Positions 1 to 13,466 of a stretch of 64,000 nt of DNA are shown one piece after another. The notes beneath the pieces are model-generated. The model was not told the DNA's origin, did no database searches, and saw only the letters and a list, made by a program, of their open reading frames with translations. The stretch lies in contig NC_043008.1 in NCBI RefSeq assembly GCF_006345805.1, positions 38,006,001 to 38,070,000 of the forward strand, written 5' to 3'. How positions within the stretch are numbered: position 1 is the first letter of the stretch; the number at the start of each line of letters is the position of its first letter. Position numbers and translations under genes: made by a program. Origin of the DNA: Octopus sinensis. Taxonomy: Eukaryota.

Positions 1-562
1 TGGAGGGGTATGTGTATATGTGTGTGTGTGTGTGTGTGAGGAGGAATATTTTGATTCAGTTCATATTTAGGACAATTTTAATTAAATGCTAATATGCAGA
101 AACTAAATAACCTGATATTTAATATTAATAGCACAGAAAGCAACAATCTTGGATGGTGCTTCATAAAAATAAAATAAAAATAGGAAATAAAAAATAAAAA
201 TTGTAACCATTAAAGAGAACAGCAGGATGCAACTGAACAGACGGGAAGCCAACATCTATCAGCTATTTTTATAGAAATACTACAGTCTTGTATTTTCAAT
301 AGAGTTTGGTAAAAAAATAAGCAAAAGGAAAAATATAATTTTTGATTAGTTGCGTTTATCTGTACAAAATCCTCCTAAAGGGTTGTCTAAAAATTTTTTA
401 AATCTGTGTGAATAGAAATATAACTGAAAGTGGTATTTTATTCTAATAATCTCAGAAGGATAAAAAGTAAAGTTGACTTGGGTAAGTTTTGAACTCAGAA
501 CAGAAAATGTCAGAACAAATACCCAATTCTATCAATCTTTGATATTATAACATGGTTAATAA

Positions 563-785
563 TGGTTTCAATTTTTGGCACGAGGCCAGCGATTTCAGGG
601 GAGTGGGTAAGTTGGTTAGATTGATCCCCAATACTTAACTGGTACTTATTTTATTGACCCTGAAATGATAAAAGGCAAATTTATCTCGGCAGGATTTGAA
701 CTCAAAATGTAAAGATAGACAAAATGCCACAACACAATGTTTTGCATACCTGATGTGCTAACGATTCTGCTAACTCACCAACTTA
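563..785 (-). mobile_element. tRNA-derived SINE, family A (diverged copy)
   Basis: Matches the 33370-33600 copy (actggtacttattttattgaccc...ggatttgaactca...gctaacgattctgc). A second partial copy follows at ~795-925. Confidence 0.75.
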
Positions 786-924
786 ACAATAATTATCCTT
801 TCCACTAAAAGCACAAGGCCTGAAATTTGGGTGGGGGGTGATAAGGCAATTACATCAACTCCAGTGTTTCACTGGTTCTTAAATTTTCAACCCTGAAGGG
901 ATGAAAAGCAAAGTCGACATTGGC

Positions 925-966
<42 letters not shown>

Positions 967-983
967 TAATAATGATAATAATG

Positions 984-1047
<64 letters not shown>

Positions 1048-1053
1048 TAATAA

Positions 1054-1625
1054 TTGAATGCCTTGATGCAGTACCAGGCAGTGGCTCTTGTGGCTTCTGA
1101 TCTTAATGGATTCGAAGTGTTATCATGTACATTGTTTTGTCTTGGTATAAAAAATGGGCTACAGCAAATATTCTGCTCAATTCCACAGATTTGCTTGTCA
1201 GTTGTTTGACCGTAACCAGTTGAGTATGTACCTTAGTGACTGATGATATGTGCATCTCTAATCACGAGCAGAAGTAGTGGGGGAGCATCATAGCCATGTG
1301 TTGAGAGGGACTCTTTGAGGTTTGAATACTTCACCTTTGGAAACATGGGTGTTTCGTTCAACATCCTTAAACAACCCTTATTCAGGGACCTTTTGAGCAG
1401 GATGGGTTACTTGACCAGAAGAAAATTCTAACTGGGCCCCGCCTGCAAGGTCATGTGCTGTTTATCTTGATATGAGATCACCATGTCGCGCACATATGGT
1501 TGTGATGCATGTGCCTAGTGTACCCTTATCAGACGTGTAGTCATGATGGGCTTCATATATTTTGCCCCAGTGTCACTTTGATGGCATGCACTGCTCTCTC
1601 ACTCAATGATAATGATAATGATAAT
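1054..1625 (+). mobile_element. ~560-bp dispersed repeat, family C (probable non-LTR retroelement 3' end with (ATA)n-like tail)
   Basis: Closely similar copies at 7878-8428 (minus) and 13018-13385 (plus). All end in ctctcactcaa followed by (gat/aat)n and lie next to (AAT)n tracts. Confidence 0.75.
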
Positions 1626-4224
1626 ACTGTCAGATCATTGATGTAGCCATACCAAATGACATGAATGTTGTGAGTAAAGAGGTTGAAAATAATCACCAAG
1701 TACTCTGAATTGCAAGTGGAAATGGCAAGACTGCATGGAATGCAAGAGGATAATGTAAAAGTGATAATAGTGGTGATCGAAGTGTTGGGCTCAGTGTGTA
1801 TATCTATGTGTGAGCATATGTGTGTGTGCTTGCGCATGTACATGTGTGTACACATGCACACTATACTAGTTTCTTACATTCTTTCATGGAATCAGTGTCA
1901 CTATAGATTTGGCTGGGAATGTAGTTGATTAAATATAGTGTTAGTTTACTAGTTTCACTGGTACTTGATACATTGATCTGGGCTGGGCTGGAACTTGGTA
2001 CTGAAGCAATTGCAGTAAATAGCATAACTTCAATTTGCTTGCTATCTCAGCTATCTCTCTATACATTTATTATATATAAATTGTGAAAACCTCCTAAACA
2101 TTTAATGGTTTGTTGAATTACCACTAAATGGCCCGTGTTTAAAGTGTGTTAATTTGTCACAGTCTCATCTTATCTAGAGCATTAAACAGTATTTGGCTCA
2201 TGATCTCCAAAGTTGTGGGTTCAATTCCATGACTAGTTGAAATGAGCAAAGTACTTCTTTACAAATTATTCTAAGTTACACATCTACAATTGACTACCCA
2301 TCAGTTACTAGTGCAGCCCTTTTTTCCTCCACGTATCACATCCTACTTATCCATCTGGGTCAAGGATGACAGGGACAAAATATCTGAATCTGCTCATGAC
2401 CACCGAAGAACCTAAAACAATTTGCTTGGTAATACATACCAGGCCAAACTCGATCATGAATGATGGCTACTTGTACAAGGCTATTGACTACAACTATAAA
2501 CTGCCGACATTGGGGTTGAAATAGCATGGGAATTAAACGTAGTATAAACCCAGTTCTTCAAAAGCACTTATACATTATAACAATTAATTACATAAATCAA
2601 CATCATCTTTTAAATGTATTTGTTATTTTTTAATACCGATTCTTCTTTTGGGTTATTTATTTTCACTTGCAAAATATAATTAACTGGAATTTGTAGTCTG
2701 GCAAATTATGAGAACTATTGATTTATGTGTTAGACTTATTTGTGATATTACTTCAATGAATGTATAAATATTTATGAACAGTATAAATAAGAGGCCATAT
2801 ATTGTATAGTTGTAATTTAGGAAGAATTCTGAGTTTGAATTTTAAAATACTTTAGTCATGTTAATACACTTGTCTTGCAAGAAGCTTAGAATAACTTATG
2901 TAGTATAATGAGATAAGATGATTTCTAAATGTTAATGAGTATTTAATAATATATGTTTCCTGAAGAAGAGTTCTGTTTAAAGACAAATGACCTGCATTTT
3001 GTATTCATGGATTCAGAATTCTGGAAGCTATCTAATATTAAAGAATTTACAAGATGGCCTTACGCCATCTCATTCAATTCTATCTTTGAATCTTTAACAT
3101 ATATGCTGATTCTTTTCCAACCAATTTACATACAAAGAAGAACTAATGAACTTAAAAATCAAATTAACAGTGAACTTAATTAAAAATTAGCAGTGTAAAA
3201 GGGTAACTGAGTCTAGGCCTCACACTTAAAACTATTTTCCAATCATTCATCTACAGGATTCCTAAGCCTTATGAGATCCTTTTTTACCTACATTTCTCCC
3301 ACTTAGATTCAGCTTACTTCAAATGAATTAAGCGCACTAGTCCAAAAGGGCCTGCAATGAATATGGGTGCTGTCCCTTTTCCCAGACTATTTAAAAAATA
3401 GAACAATCACTGCAGTCCATGTATATACATTTAACATTTTGACCCAAGAAAGGAAATTTGATACCATTTTTCCTTATGGGTCTGTCGGGGTGGCATCTTT
3501 TTCTAATCTCCTATCTTAAGACAACATACCTCAAGTAGATGAGCTACAGGTAAAAACTCCACAGCTATCTCCATCTAATCACATATTTTTGCAATTATCT
3601 TTAATAATTATTTTTTAAAAATCCTGAAGAATACACTGGATGATAACATTATGTCCGAATGAAACTAAGATGGGATGGTCATGGCCAGATTTTCTGTTCA
3701 AGATCAGATAGAACTGTTCTTGATTAGAGTTGACCTGGTGCTAAACAACCACCAAATTAAATACAAATGCAGCACCATATCATCTCAGCTGCCATTGTAT
3801 AACCCATTCAGCACTCCTAACACTAACACCATTTGGTAGAACTACTTTAGCAGACAGACTTAGGCTATTCAAAGATAGAATTACCACCACCAACACTGCT
3901 GCCATTGCCATTATTCCCAACACCACCACCATCAGCACCACTACAACCAGGGGTGACCAATGAAGTATAATAGACATTGCTTCCTGTCACCACCTACACC
4001 AACACCATCACCATCACTGTCCCCACAAACCACTGTATACAGCGGGTGCACACACACACGCACACACACACACACATACACATACACATGAGCATGGAAG
4101 GATTCTTTCAGTTTTTGTTAACCAGATCCACTCACAAGGCTTTGGTCAGTCTGAGGCTGCAGTAAAAGACACTTACAAAAAAGGTGCCACAAACCCAGAA
4201 CCATATGGTTGGGGAGCAAGCTTT

Positions 4225-4455
4225 TTATTTCTTTATTGCCCACAAGGGGCTAAACATAGAGGGGACAAACAAGGACAGACAAAGGGATTAAGTCGATTAC
4301 ATTGACTCCAGTGTGTAACTGGTACTTAATTTATCAACCCCGAAAGGATGAAAGGTAAAGTTGACCTCGGCAGAATTTGAACTCAGAACGCAACGGCAGA
4401 TGAAGTACCACTAAGCATTTCACCTGGCATGCTAACGTTTCTGCTAGCTTACCTG
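4225..4455 (-). mobile_element. tRNA-derived SINE, family A
   Basis: Highly similar to 33370-33600. Abuts a family-B SINE head at ~4095-4225. Confidence 0.85.
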
Positions 4456-5334
4456 TGCCTCGTTTTATCAGTGAAATAGTTCGTTTCTGATTCTACAATA
4501 AAGTGATTTGGGTTTACATTAAACTAAAAAAAATTGGCAATGAGTATGTGTGTGTGTATGGTGGGAGGCTGTGTGCATGTGGGATTGTGTATTTCTGTTG
4601 TAATACTGGGTAACTTGGCACAGAAAACAGACAGATCAATTTAAATATCTTTAGGGAAGGTGTACAAATTCAGTGAAACATTTGTTGCACAAATAACCTC
4701 TTACTGAAACAACTGTTGTGTTTAGCATACAAATGTTGTGAGGAAGAGGACGAAGGAGGCCGAGGGAAATAGGCGGAGATGGATGGTTTTGGTGGTGGTG
4801 GTGGTGGTGGGAGGGGTGAGTGGTTCAGCGGCGGCGGCGGCGGTGGTGGCAGTGTTCTGCTAATGGTTGTGACAGTCAGTAAAACAATTGCCATCAGCTG
4901 TAAGAGCTACAATAATACCAACATCAATATTCATCATCAAAACTGCCCGATCATGGAAAAAAACTTTCATTGTCCCCCCTGTCCTACTCCTCCTCCTCCT
5001 CCTCATCATCATCATCATGAGCATCATTGTTGTCGTTTTTATTATCATGGTAAAAGGGACTGTGCATATGTGTGTGTGCCTGCATGTGTGTGCATATGTT
5101 TTTATATATATATATAATATATATTGGAATATTGCTTCAAATTCATGGAACTCACTCCTACAACTTCATAAGGATACTTACACTCTCTAAGATGTTTGGA
5201 AAACCTATATGAAATTTAGCTGAAGAATACTTGACATTATATTTGCTGTAATATTTGCAGCTTTAAATAAAATGTTTATAGTATGAAACAACTGTACTAA
5301 ACTACTGATCCATTCTTGTTGCTTTTTTCTTGGT

Positions 5335-5373
<39 letters not shown>

Positions 5374-5652
5374 GTGTGTGTGTCTAACCCATGCCAGCAA
5401 AGACAATGGACGTTAAATTATGATGATGATATACACACACATACACACAGGTGTATATGCAAGTAAATGAACAAATGAAAGCAGGTAGCACTCAAGACAT
5501 TTGGTGGAAGCTACATTCGTTTGTAATAAGAGTTTTATTCAGTTTCACATGTCTCAGTTTCATCAGATCATTGAATATGTGTTGCAACTTTGAGTAAAAA
5601 CTTGTGTATCTATGTATGTGTGTGTGTGTATGTAACTGTTTGCATGTGTGTA

Positions 5653-5693
<41 letters not shown>

Positions 5694-6350
5694 TTGCTTG
5701 GATGTACAGGTTTTGTATGCATACATAAGTATATGAGCTATTAGTATGTGTATTCATTGTGTATGTGTGTGTGCATATATATGTACATATATTTGTATAT
5801 ATGCATGTATATGTATGTGTCTATATGTAAGTGTCGCTGTGTATATGTATACATAGATTTGCAATAGGTATATATACACACACGTTTGCATGTGTATATT
5901 TAGGCTTTAGGTTGTATATATTTGGGTGTCTAAGACTATCAGATAATATTTTGTTCAAACTGATAATAGTGTATGAGGGTCTGTTTGATAATGTGTGCAC
6001 TAATTGTGGTAAGCACTTGAATGGTCACAGGAATTCTGGTGCCAGCTTGAACTTTTGCTTATCTCTGTTGAATTTGTAAGGAAAATTCCCTCCTCTTTCT
6101 CCCCACGATCCTTCATCTCTATTTTTCTTTGCCTTTGGCTTCTTTTCATCTTTTATTGCTTCTTTAGTCCTCTTTGAATACATAAATAATTACGATTGCG
6201 ATCTATGAAATTTATTCTCTCAGAGTTCTACCCTATATATATATTGCTAACAGCCCTTTAAATTTCAACGGTTCTTCAAATGTACTGACTTGCTCTGCCG
6301 ATACTTGGCAAACTGAATCGATTTGAATTGTTTTCTCTTCTATTTAAAAA

Positions 6351-6436
6351 CACCTGAAGAGAGCGGATTATTTTTATGATATAATCGTTGTAATCAAAAA
6401 GTAATCAATAAAAATACTACTGAAACACTTGTTATG
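6351..6436 (+). ncRNA. degenerate type-I hammerhead ribozyme motif (Penelope-like)
   Basis: cac-CTGAAGA (6354)...long stem II region...GAAAC (6422)-actt-GTT-atg. Stem I and stem III are imperfect. Confidence 0.4.
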
Positions 6437-6477
6437 AATCTTCAAACTCCTCGTGTGTTCTTTTTTATCTATATATT

Positions 6478-6885
6478 CTTTCTTTTATTTGCTTCAGTCA
6501 TTTGACTGTAGCCATGCTGGAGCACCACCTTTAGTCAAAGAAATCAATCTCAGGACTTATTCTTTGTAAGCCTAGTATTTATTTTATCGGTGTCTTTTGT
6601 CAAACCACTAAGTTACAAGACATAAACACACCATCAGTTGTCAAGCGATGGTGGGGGGACAAACACTGACACACAAACATATACATATATATGCATGTAT
6701 ATATGACAGGCTTCTTTCAGTTTCCATCTACCAAATCTGCTCACAAGGCTTTGGTCAGCCTGAGGCTATGGTAGAAGACACTTACCCAAGGTGCTATGAA
6801 GTGGGACTGAACCCAGAGCCATGTGGTAGTGCTCCAGCATGGCCACAGTCAAATGACTAAAACAAGTAAAAGAGAGTAAAAGAGC
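6478..6885 (-). mobile_element. tRNA/CORE-type SINE, family B
   Basis: Reverse complement of 62158-62572, including the CORE-like accttgggcaagtgtctt segment. Confidence 0.85.
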
Positions 6886-6924
6886 ATATAGATATGATAT
6901 ATAGGTATATATCATCATTGTCAT

Positions 6925-7140
6925 CATGTATCATTTGGCTGTAATACATTGATGACACTACAGCAAAAGTTTTCCCTATGAAGCACTGGTTCTTCAGCTG
7001 CCTTGCCATTCTTGTTCAATCAACTCCTGATAGTGCTCAAACACTGTGTTCTTTGCCTGGCTCTTGATCTGCTCTTCCTTCTATGATAATGTTTTGCAAA
7101 CCTCTACTTCTTCAAACATGGCTATAATAGATGAGCTTTT
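6925..7140 (-). pseudogene. ancient RTE LINE C-terminal remnant
   Basis: Minus strand reads KLIYYSHV*RSRGLQNIIIEGR..., resembling the RTE C-terminal YFGHVxR...IIEG...RxR motif. Confidence 0.5.
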
Positions 7141-7788
7141 GTTTATATATACATAAATACGCGCGTGTATGTGTGTGCTTGCATGCATGTGTACACGTGT
7201 GTGAGCACATGTGTGTATAAGTTAGTTTTATTGCCCTAGTTGTACTAACATTTCCAGTTCAATAGAAATTTCCCTGCTGACATGGGTCGGATGAATTTTC
7301 TGAGACGATATTTTATAGTCGGACATCTGCCTGTCACTAAGCCTAGCAGTTTCCTTTTATGAAGATGACATTAATGATGCCGTGCTGGTGACGTACATTG
7401 TTATATATCAGCAGTAATCCTCAGTCAATGTCAGATAGCATGCAATCCTTATAAATGTTTAGCTAATTCTAAAGATCAGTTAATGAAATTGCAAATCTTG
7501 TGTGAGATACCACAGTGGAATATAAGACAATTAAGTAAATAAATAGTTCACACTCTGCTAGTGTGGTATTGAGTACTTCAGTTTGTCATACCATTGTAAA
7601 TATGTGTATGTATGAGAGTTTGTGTGTGTCTCTGTAGCTATGTGTGCATGCAGGATATTATGTAGTTAAAACTAAATTGTTTTAATAACACTTTATATAA
7701 TTCTGGTAGAGCTTGAATGAAGAGATGTCATTTAATATGCTGTTGTTGTTGTTATCATCATCATTATTATTATTATTATTATTATTAT

Positions 7789-7826
<38 letters not shown>

Positions 7827-7844
7827 TTATCATTATTATTATTA

Positions 7845-7877
<33 letters not shown>

Positions 7878-7881
<4 letters not shown>

Positions 7882-8428
7882 CATTGAGTGAGAGAGCAGT
7901 GCATGCCATCAAAGTGACACGGGGATACAATTATACAAAGCCCAATGTACAAATCATGACAACCCATCTGATAAGGGTACACCAGGCACATGCATCACTA
8001 CCACATGTGTGTGTGACATTGTGATCTTACATCAAGATAAACAGTGCATGATATTGCAGTTGGAGCCCAGTTAGAATTTTCTTCAGGACAAGTAACCCAT
8101 CCCACTCAAAAGGTCCCTGACTAAGGTTTGTTTCGAAGATGATGAATGAAACACCCATGTTTCCAAAAGTAAATTATCCAAACTCCAAATAATTCATCTC
8201 AACACATGTCTATGATGCTCCCCTACTACTTCTGATCATGATCAGAGATGCACATATCATCAGCCACTAAGGAACATGCTCAAACGGTTATGGTCAAGCA
8301 ACTGACAAGCGAATCTGTGGTATTGAGCAGAATATTTGCTGTAGCCCATCTTTTATACCAAGACAAAACAATGTACATGATAACATTTCCAATCAGCTAA
8401 GATCAAAAGTCATGCCAGCCATTGCCTA
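7878..8428 (-). mobile_element. family C dispersed repeat
   Basis: Reverse complement of 1075-1615, flanked by (ATT)n/(ACT)n tracts. Confidence 0.8.
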
Positions 8429-8444
8429 TTATCATTATTATAAT

Positions 8445-8482
<38 letters not shown>

Positions 8483-8502
8483 ATACTACTATTATTATTA
8501 TT

Positions 8503-8716
8503 AAGGTGGCGAGCAAGGCAGAATCATTAGCACACTGAGCAAAATGCTTAACAGTATTCTGTCTGTCTTTATGTTCTGAGTTCAAATTCTGCCAAGGTCA
8601 ACTTTGCCTTTCATCCCATCAGGGTCGTTAAAATAAGTACGAGCTGAGCACTGGGGTTCATGTGATTGACTATTGCCTCCCCCCAAATTTTAGGCCTTAT
8701 GCCTATATTAGAACAG
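8503..8716 (+). mobile_element. tRNA-derived SINE, family A
   Basis: A-box-like ggcagaatcattagc, B-box gagttcaaattc, then caactttgcctttcatcc...aagtac. Confidence 0.85.
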
Positions 8717-9489
8717 ATTATTATTATTATTATTATTATATTATTATTATTATTATTATTATTATTGTCATCATCATCACCATCATCATCCATCATCTAC
8801 AGCAGCAGCAGCAGAGAAGTCAATTCATTCAATTGCATAACTAAATATATTTCTACTATGGATACAAGTGTATATCATGTATATTTTTTTTCTTTTTGTT
8901 TTTGTTTTTGTAATACTAACATCCTGTATATCTACAGTCACAAGCAGTGTTTGTTTTTAATGTGCAACACATGTGTAAGACCTGAGATTTTTTGTTATGT
9001 GTTTGTTTGTCTTTCATTTTGTCATTCTTAGCATGCCGTACCGTTATTAGAATATGAGAATATGACACAACGAAGATAAGAAATAACTTGTTACAAAGCA
9101 AATTGACATGGTCATACTTTATGTTTGACAAGCTTCTATAGCGAGTCTTGTGGATATAAATGAAGAAGGAAGCCTAAACGTACTGGCATGTGACCTTAAC
9201 ATGGCAATAACTGAATTAAAGCAGTTGTGGTCTTTCCTTTTATGTAAAAGACGCAGATGGCATACACGTGAATAAATATACACACATACACGCATAGATG
9301 TGTATGTTTATGTGTGTATATGTATATATATATATAAGTATGTATGTAGCCAAATCTATAAGTTACCAGGTGGTGCTATTAAGTTAGACATGGCCTGGGC
9401 CAATAATGGCCGAAACCTTTCAAAGTATTTCAAAGTATATATATATATATATATATATACATATATTTAAATATACATATACACACTCA

Positions 9490-9748
9490 CATCATCATCA
9501 TCATCGTTTAACATCCGTTTTCCATGCTAGCATGGGTTGGACGGTTCGACCGGGGTCTGGGAAGCCAGGAGGTTGCACCAGGCTCCAGTCTGATCTGGCA
9601 GTGTTTCTACAGCTAGATGCCCCCTGTTCCTAACGCCAACCACTCCATGAGTGTAGTGGGTGCCTTTTACGTGCCACCGGCACAGGTGCCAGGGGAGGCT
9701 GGCAGCGGCCCTGATCAGTTGGTGCTTTTTACATGCCACTGTCACGGT
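9490..9748 (-). mobile_element. short RTE 3'-end derivative with (TGA)n tail
   Basis: Reverse complement of the LINE 3' end (~53740-53999). Further copies at 20347-20598, 45844-46110, ~40025-40178, ~43098-43237, ~48648-48805, ~55231-55460 and ~61720-61955. Confidence 0.9.
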
Positions 9749-9787
9749 CATTTGTATACATATCAATATTTATATATGCATATGGAT

Positions 9788-9835
<48 letters not shown>

Positions 9836-10712
9836 ATACACAAACACAAACACATGCACTCACACAAACACACATATATAGTTCAAATATTCAATAGAGG
9901 TAGAATCAACAAAAATGTGTGCATGAGCGTTTGTATACATGTAAATGCATATGTATATGACAATAGCCTGAAGTTATATATATATGGCAGCAGAACATAG
10001 AATTTTAAGTAGCATCAAGTAAATGGTAAATGAGAGAGAAATCAGTACTGTTTGGTGAATACATGGAACTGATATAATTAGGAGAGCTGATGATTTTAAA
10101 GAATTGCAATATCAAGATGACTATCGGTATGATGAATGGGCAAAAGAGAAGAAAAGAAGTTGGTAATGGCTACGTCACAGAAGCAGAGGTTAAGAGAAAA
10201 TAACTGAATAACTGAAGATATTTTCAGTTTTGAAGATAATGAAGCAAATGTTAGACCAATGATAATATAGGAAATCAAACATTCTTTATTGTGTCAGTTG
10301 TTGTTGTGCATTATCTAAGTTCTGATACGGAATTAGTTGAAGGTCTGCTGCCAATATATAAATCTGAAGTGAACAAAAACTTTTGTTCAAGGAAACGGTT
10401 TGACATATATATTAATGAAAGACACGGAGTACATTCTTGGAAATAATTAATAGAATCAGACAATCTTGAATCATGACTATTTAAATCTCAAAAATAATAA
10501 TTCCGATTTACCTAAAAGTACTTCATTAACATAAATTGGTGAATTGACAATGAGCTGGTTGAGTTGTTTGTTTGCTTCAAGCTGTTTATTTTGAATATCT
10601 GCACTCTGATTTCAAATCCCACCAAGTAAAAGTTTTGACTTTCTTTCCTTTTGGGGCTAATAAAAAAATGTACCAGTTTATGGCAGTGAATTGGTGGAAA
10701 GCATCGCATTGA

Positions 10713-10913
10713 TGTTGTTGTTGTTAAGCAACAAGACGAGTAAGGGTGATTAGGTGATGGTCTAGGACTTAGGGGCGTTAGACCCCTGACCATGGCAAAA
10801 AAACTTTGGTCGTCTTGTTATAGCCGAGAGCTCTTCGTTGACACTCGACATCACTGGGAGGTGGCCCTCAAAGTCACTGGAAATGGAAATCTCCAGGTCC
10901 AAATTCTTGAACA
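10713..10913 (-). mobile_element. ~200-bp element with (CAA)n tail, family G
   Basis: Reverse complement of 62904-63113. The two copies share the same 5' boundary. Confidence 0.75.
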
Positions 10914-11351
10914 AAGAATTGCATAGGAGATGCTTTGTAGTGTCTGCTCCAGCCGTGAGGGTTCTGAGTTCAAAATCCTGCCCTGTCACCAAAAGACTTA
11001 GTGATCAGAATTTGTGACTGACAGGCAGTATCAGAATTTTGTAAATGATACAAGATAAAAAATGAAAGAAACATAATTAATACATTCAGGAATACTCAGA
11101 CATGGGAATACTTTTCGTTATGGAAATAGTCCTGGAAGGAGATTCTTCTCACAGACAAAAATGCATGAGAAAACATTAGGCTATGAATAATGTCACTGGA
11201 TCCTAGAACACAAACGTTTCTGCATTTTTGTGCATCGTCAGCTGTGGATATTGAATTCATCTTTCACAGCTGCATAAGAATGATGTTTCTTATTTATAGG
11301 AACAGTAAATAATACATTTACTGATGTATGTAAAGTTTGTTAAAGCTGGAA

Positions 11352-11743
11352 TTAACCTTTTGTCACCATATTTCAGCTGGAATATTCTGTCTCTGCTTCA
11401 AATAGTTAATAAAATAAGGAAGAATTTAGTAAAATAACTGGCTCTACTAATTCTTTTATTCTGTTATTCTTTTACTTGTTTCAATCATTTGACCGTGGCC
11501 ATGCTGGAGCAACGCCTTTAGTCGAACAAATTGACCCCAGGACTTAATCTTTGTAAGCCTGGTACTTATTCAATTGGTCACTTTTGCCAAACTGTGAAGT
11601 TATGAGGACGTAAACACACCAACAATGTGATGGGGTGACGGACAAACACAGACACTCAAACATATACACACACATAGATCTTCTTCTAGCATATGGCTGT
11701 CCACATAGTGGTTTTTTATAACCCTAAATATACACATGTATTG

Positions 11744-11783
<40 letters not shown>

Positions 11784-12110
11784 CAGGTTTTTTCAGTTTC
11801 CATCTACCAAATCCACTCACAAGGCTTTGGTCAGCCTGAGGCTATAGTGGAAGACATTTGCCCAAGGTGCCACAAAGTAGGACTGAACCCAGAACCATGT
11901 GATTGGGAAGCAAGCTTCGTACCACACAGCCACTCCTGCATCTGAAATAACTGGCATTACTAACTCTTCTTTTTTCTTTTATACTCGTTTTTTGAATTCA
12001 AATTAACATGGAATTTTGATTAGAGTTTTTAATATAGAGAACATTAAGCACAGAAAGCTTGTATTATAAAACCGGGACCAGTCTCACACTAGGTGGCATC
12101 AAAAAGGTTA
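11352..12110. mobile_element. TTAA-flanked piggyBac-like MITE interrupted by a family-B SINE (~11458-11940)
   Basis: Termini ttaaccttttgtcacc and ggcatcaaaaaggttaa. The SINE is flanked by duplicated aaataactggc..tactaa. Body resembles 35203-35431. Confidence 0.65.
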
Positions 12111-12774
12111 AATAGTTTCCTTGGTTTCCACAAAGATCAACTGCCACCATTACTCCAAAATTTATAGAAATATAAGTTGTAAATGATGACATGTTGAAAT
12201 GTATTACTCAAACAACATTTTAGTTTGTAAAACTATTTCAGTACCAAATTGCTTGGCATTTAATTACCAAAGTTATATTTAGATGTAGATTGAACAGACT
12301 TTCCTAAACAGAAATTATTTATTTGCTGTGTGGTACATTAAGTAATTATTATCATACAGATATTGTCAAACTTTTACCTACCCACGAATGAAAAGCTTTA
12401 AATAAATAAACACATTTATATGCAATCTGTCTGAATATCACATGTGACCTTGACTGCATTAAAACTGTATGAGAACCAATCAGATTGAAATTGCCATAAT
12501 CTTATTTCTTCATGTCCTTATAGTTCTTTAGGGAATTATAAAGATATATTATTTTACAGAGACATTATATACAGGCATATTATATACATAATTAATTATT
12601 TTACACAACATACACTAATGAAAGTTTTGAAGTACTGCATACTGATTGTATGGTTATTTAACCTGGCCACGTTCTAAACTTTCTATATCAAACTAGGTAG
12701 AGACGAAATGATTAACCTCCTGAAGCTAAGTTATGATGCCTATCTACGGGAGCTAAATAAATAACAGCAAGAGT

Positions 12775-12832
12775 AATAATGATAATGAGGACAATGATGA
12801 TGAGGATGATGACCATGACATTGATGATGATG

Positions 12833-12872
<40 letters not shown>

Positions 12873-12939
12873 TGATGATGATGACAATAATAATAATAAT
12901 AATAATGATGATGATGATGATGATGATGATGAAGATGAA

Positions 12940-12990
<51 letters not shown>

Positions 12991-13017
12991 AATAATAATA
13001 ATAATAATAATAATAAT
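12775..13017. repeat. compound (GAT)n/(AAT)n microsatellite
   Basis: Seen directly. It is the source of the poly-M/I/H/S ORFs. Confidence 0.95.
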
Positions 13018-13385
13018 AGGGGAGCATCATAGTAATAGGGGAGCATCATAGCCATGTGTTGAGAGGGATTCTTTGGGGTTTGAATAATTCACTTCTAGAA
13101 ACATGGGTGTTTCGTTCAACATCCTTAAACAACCTTTATTCAGGGATCTTTTGAGCGGGATGGGCTACTCGACCAGAAGAAAATTCTAACTGGGCCCCAC
13201 CTGCAAGGTAATGTGCTGTTAATCTTGATATGAGATCACCATGTCGTGCACATATGGTTGTGATGCATGTGCCTGGTGTGCCCTTATCAGATGGGTAGTC
13301 ATGATGGGTATACTGGCCTTCATATATTTTACCCCAGTGTCACTTTCATGGCATGCACTGCTATCTCACTCAAGAATAATAATGA
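13018..13385 (+). mobile_element. family C repeat, 5'-truncated, with short 5' duplication
   Basis: Matches 1278-1610. The segment taataggggagcatcatag is tandemly duplicated at the junction. Confidence 0.8.
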
Positions 13386-13432
13386 TATGGAGGTCAGTTC
13401 GGAAGAAATAATAATAATAATAATAATAATGA

Positions 13433-13466
<34 letters not shown>
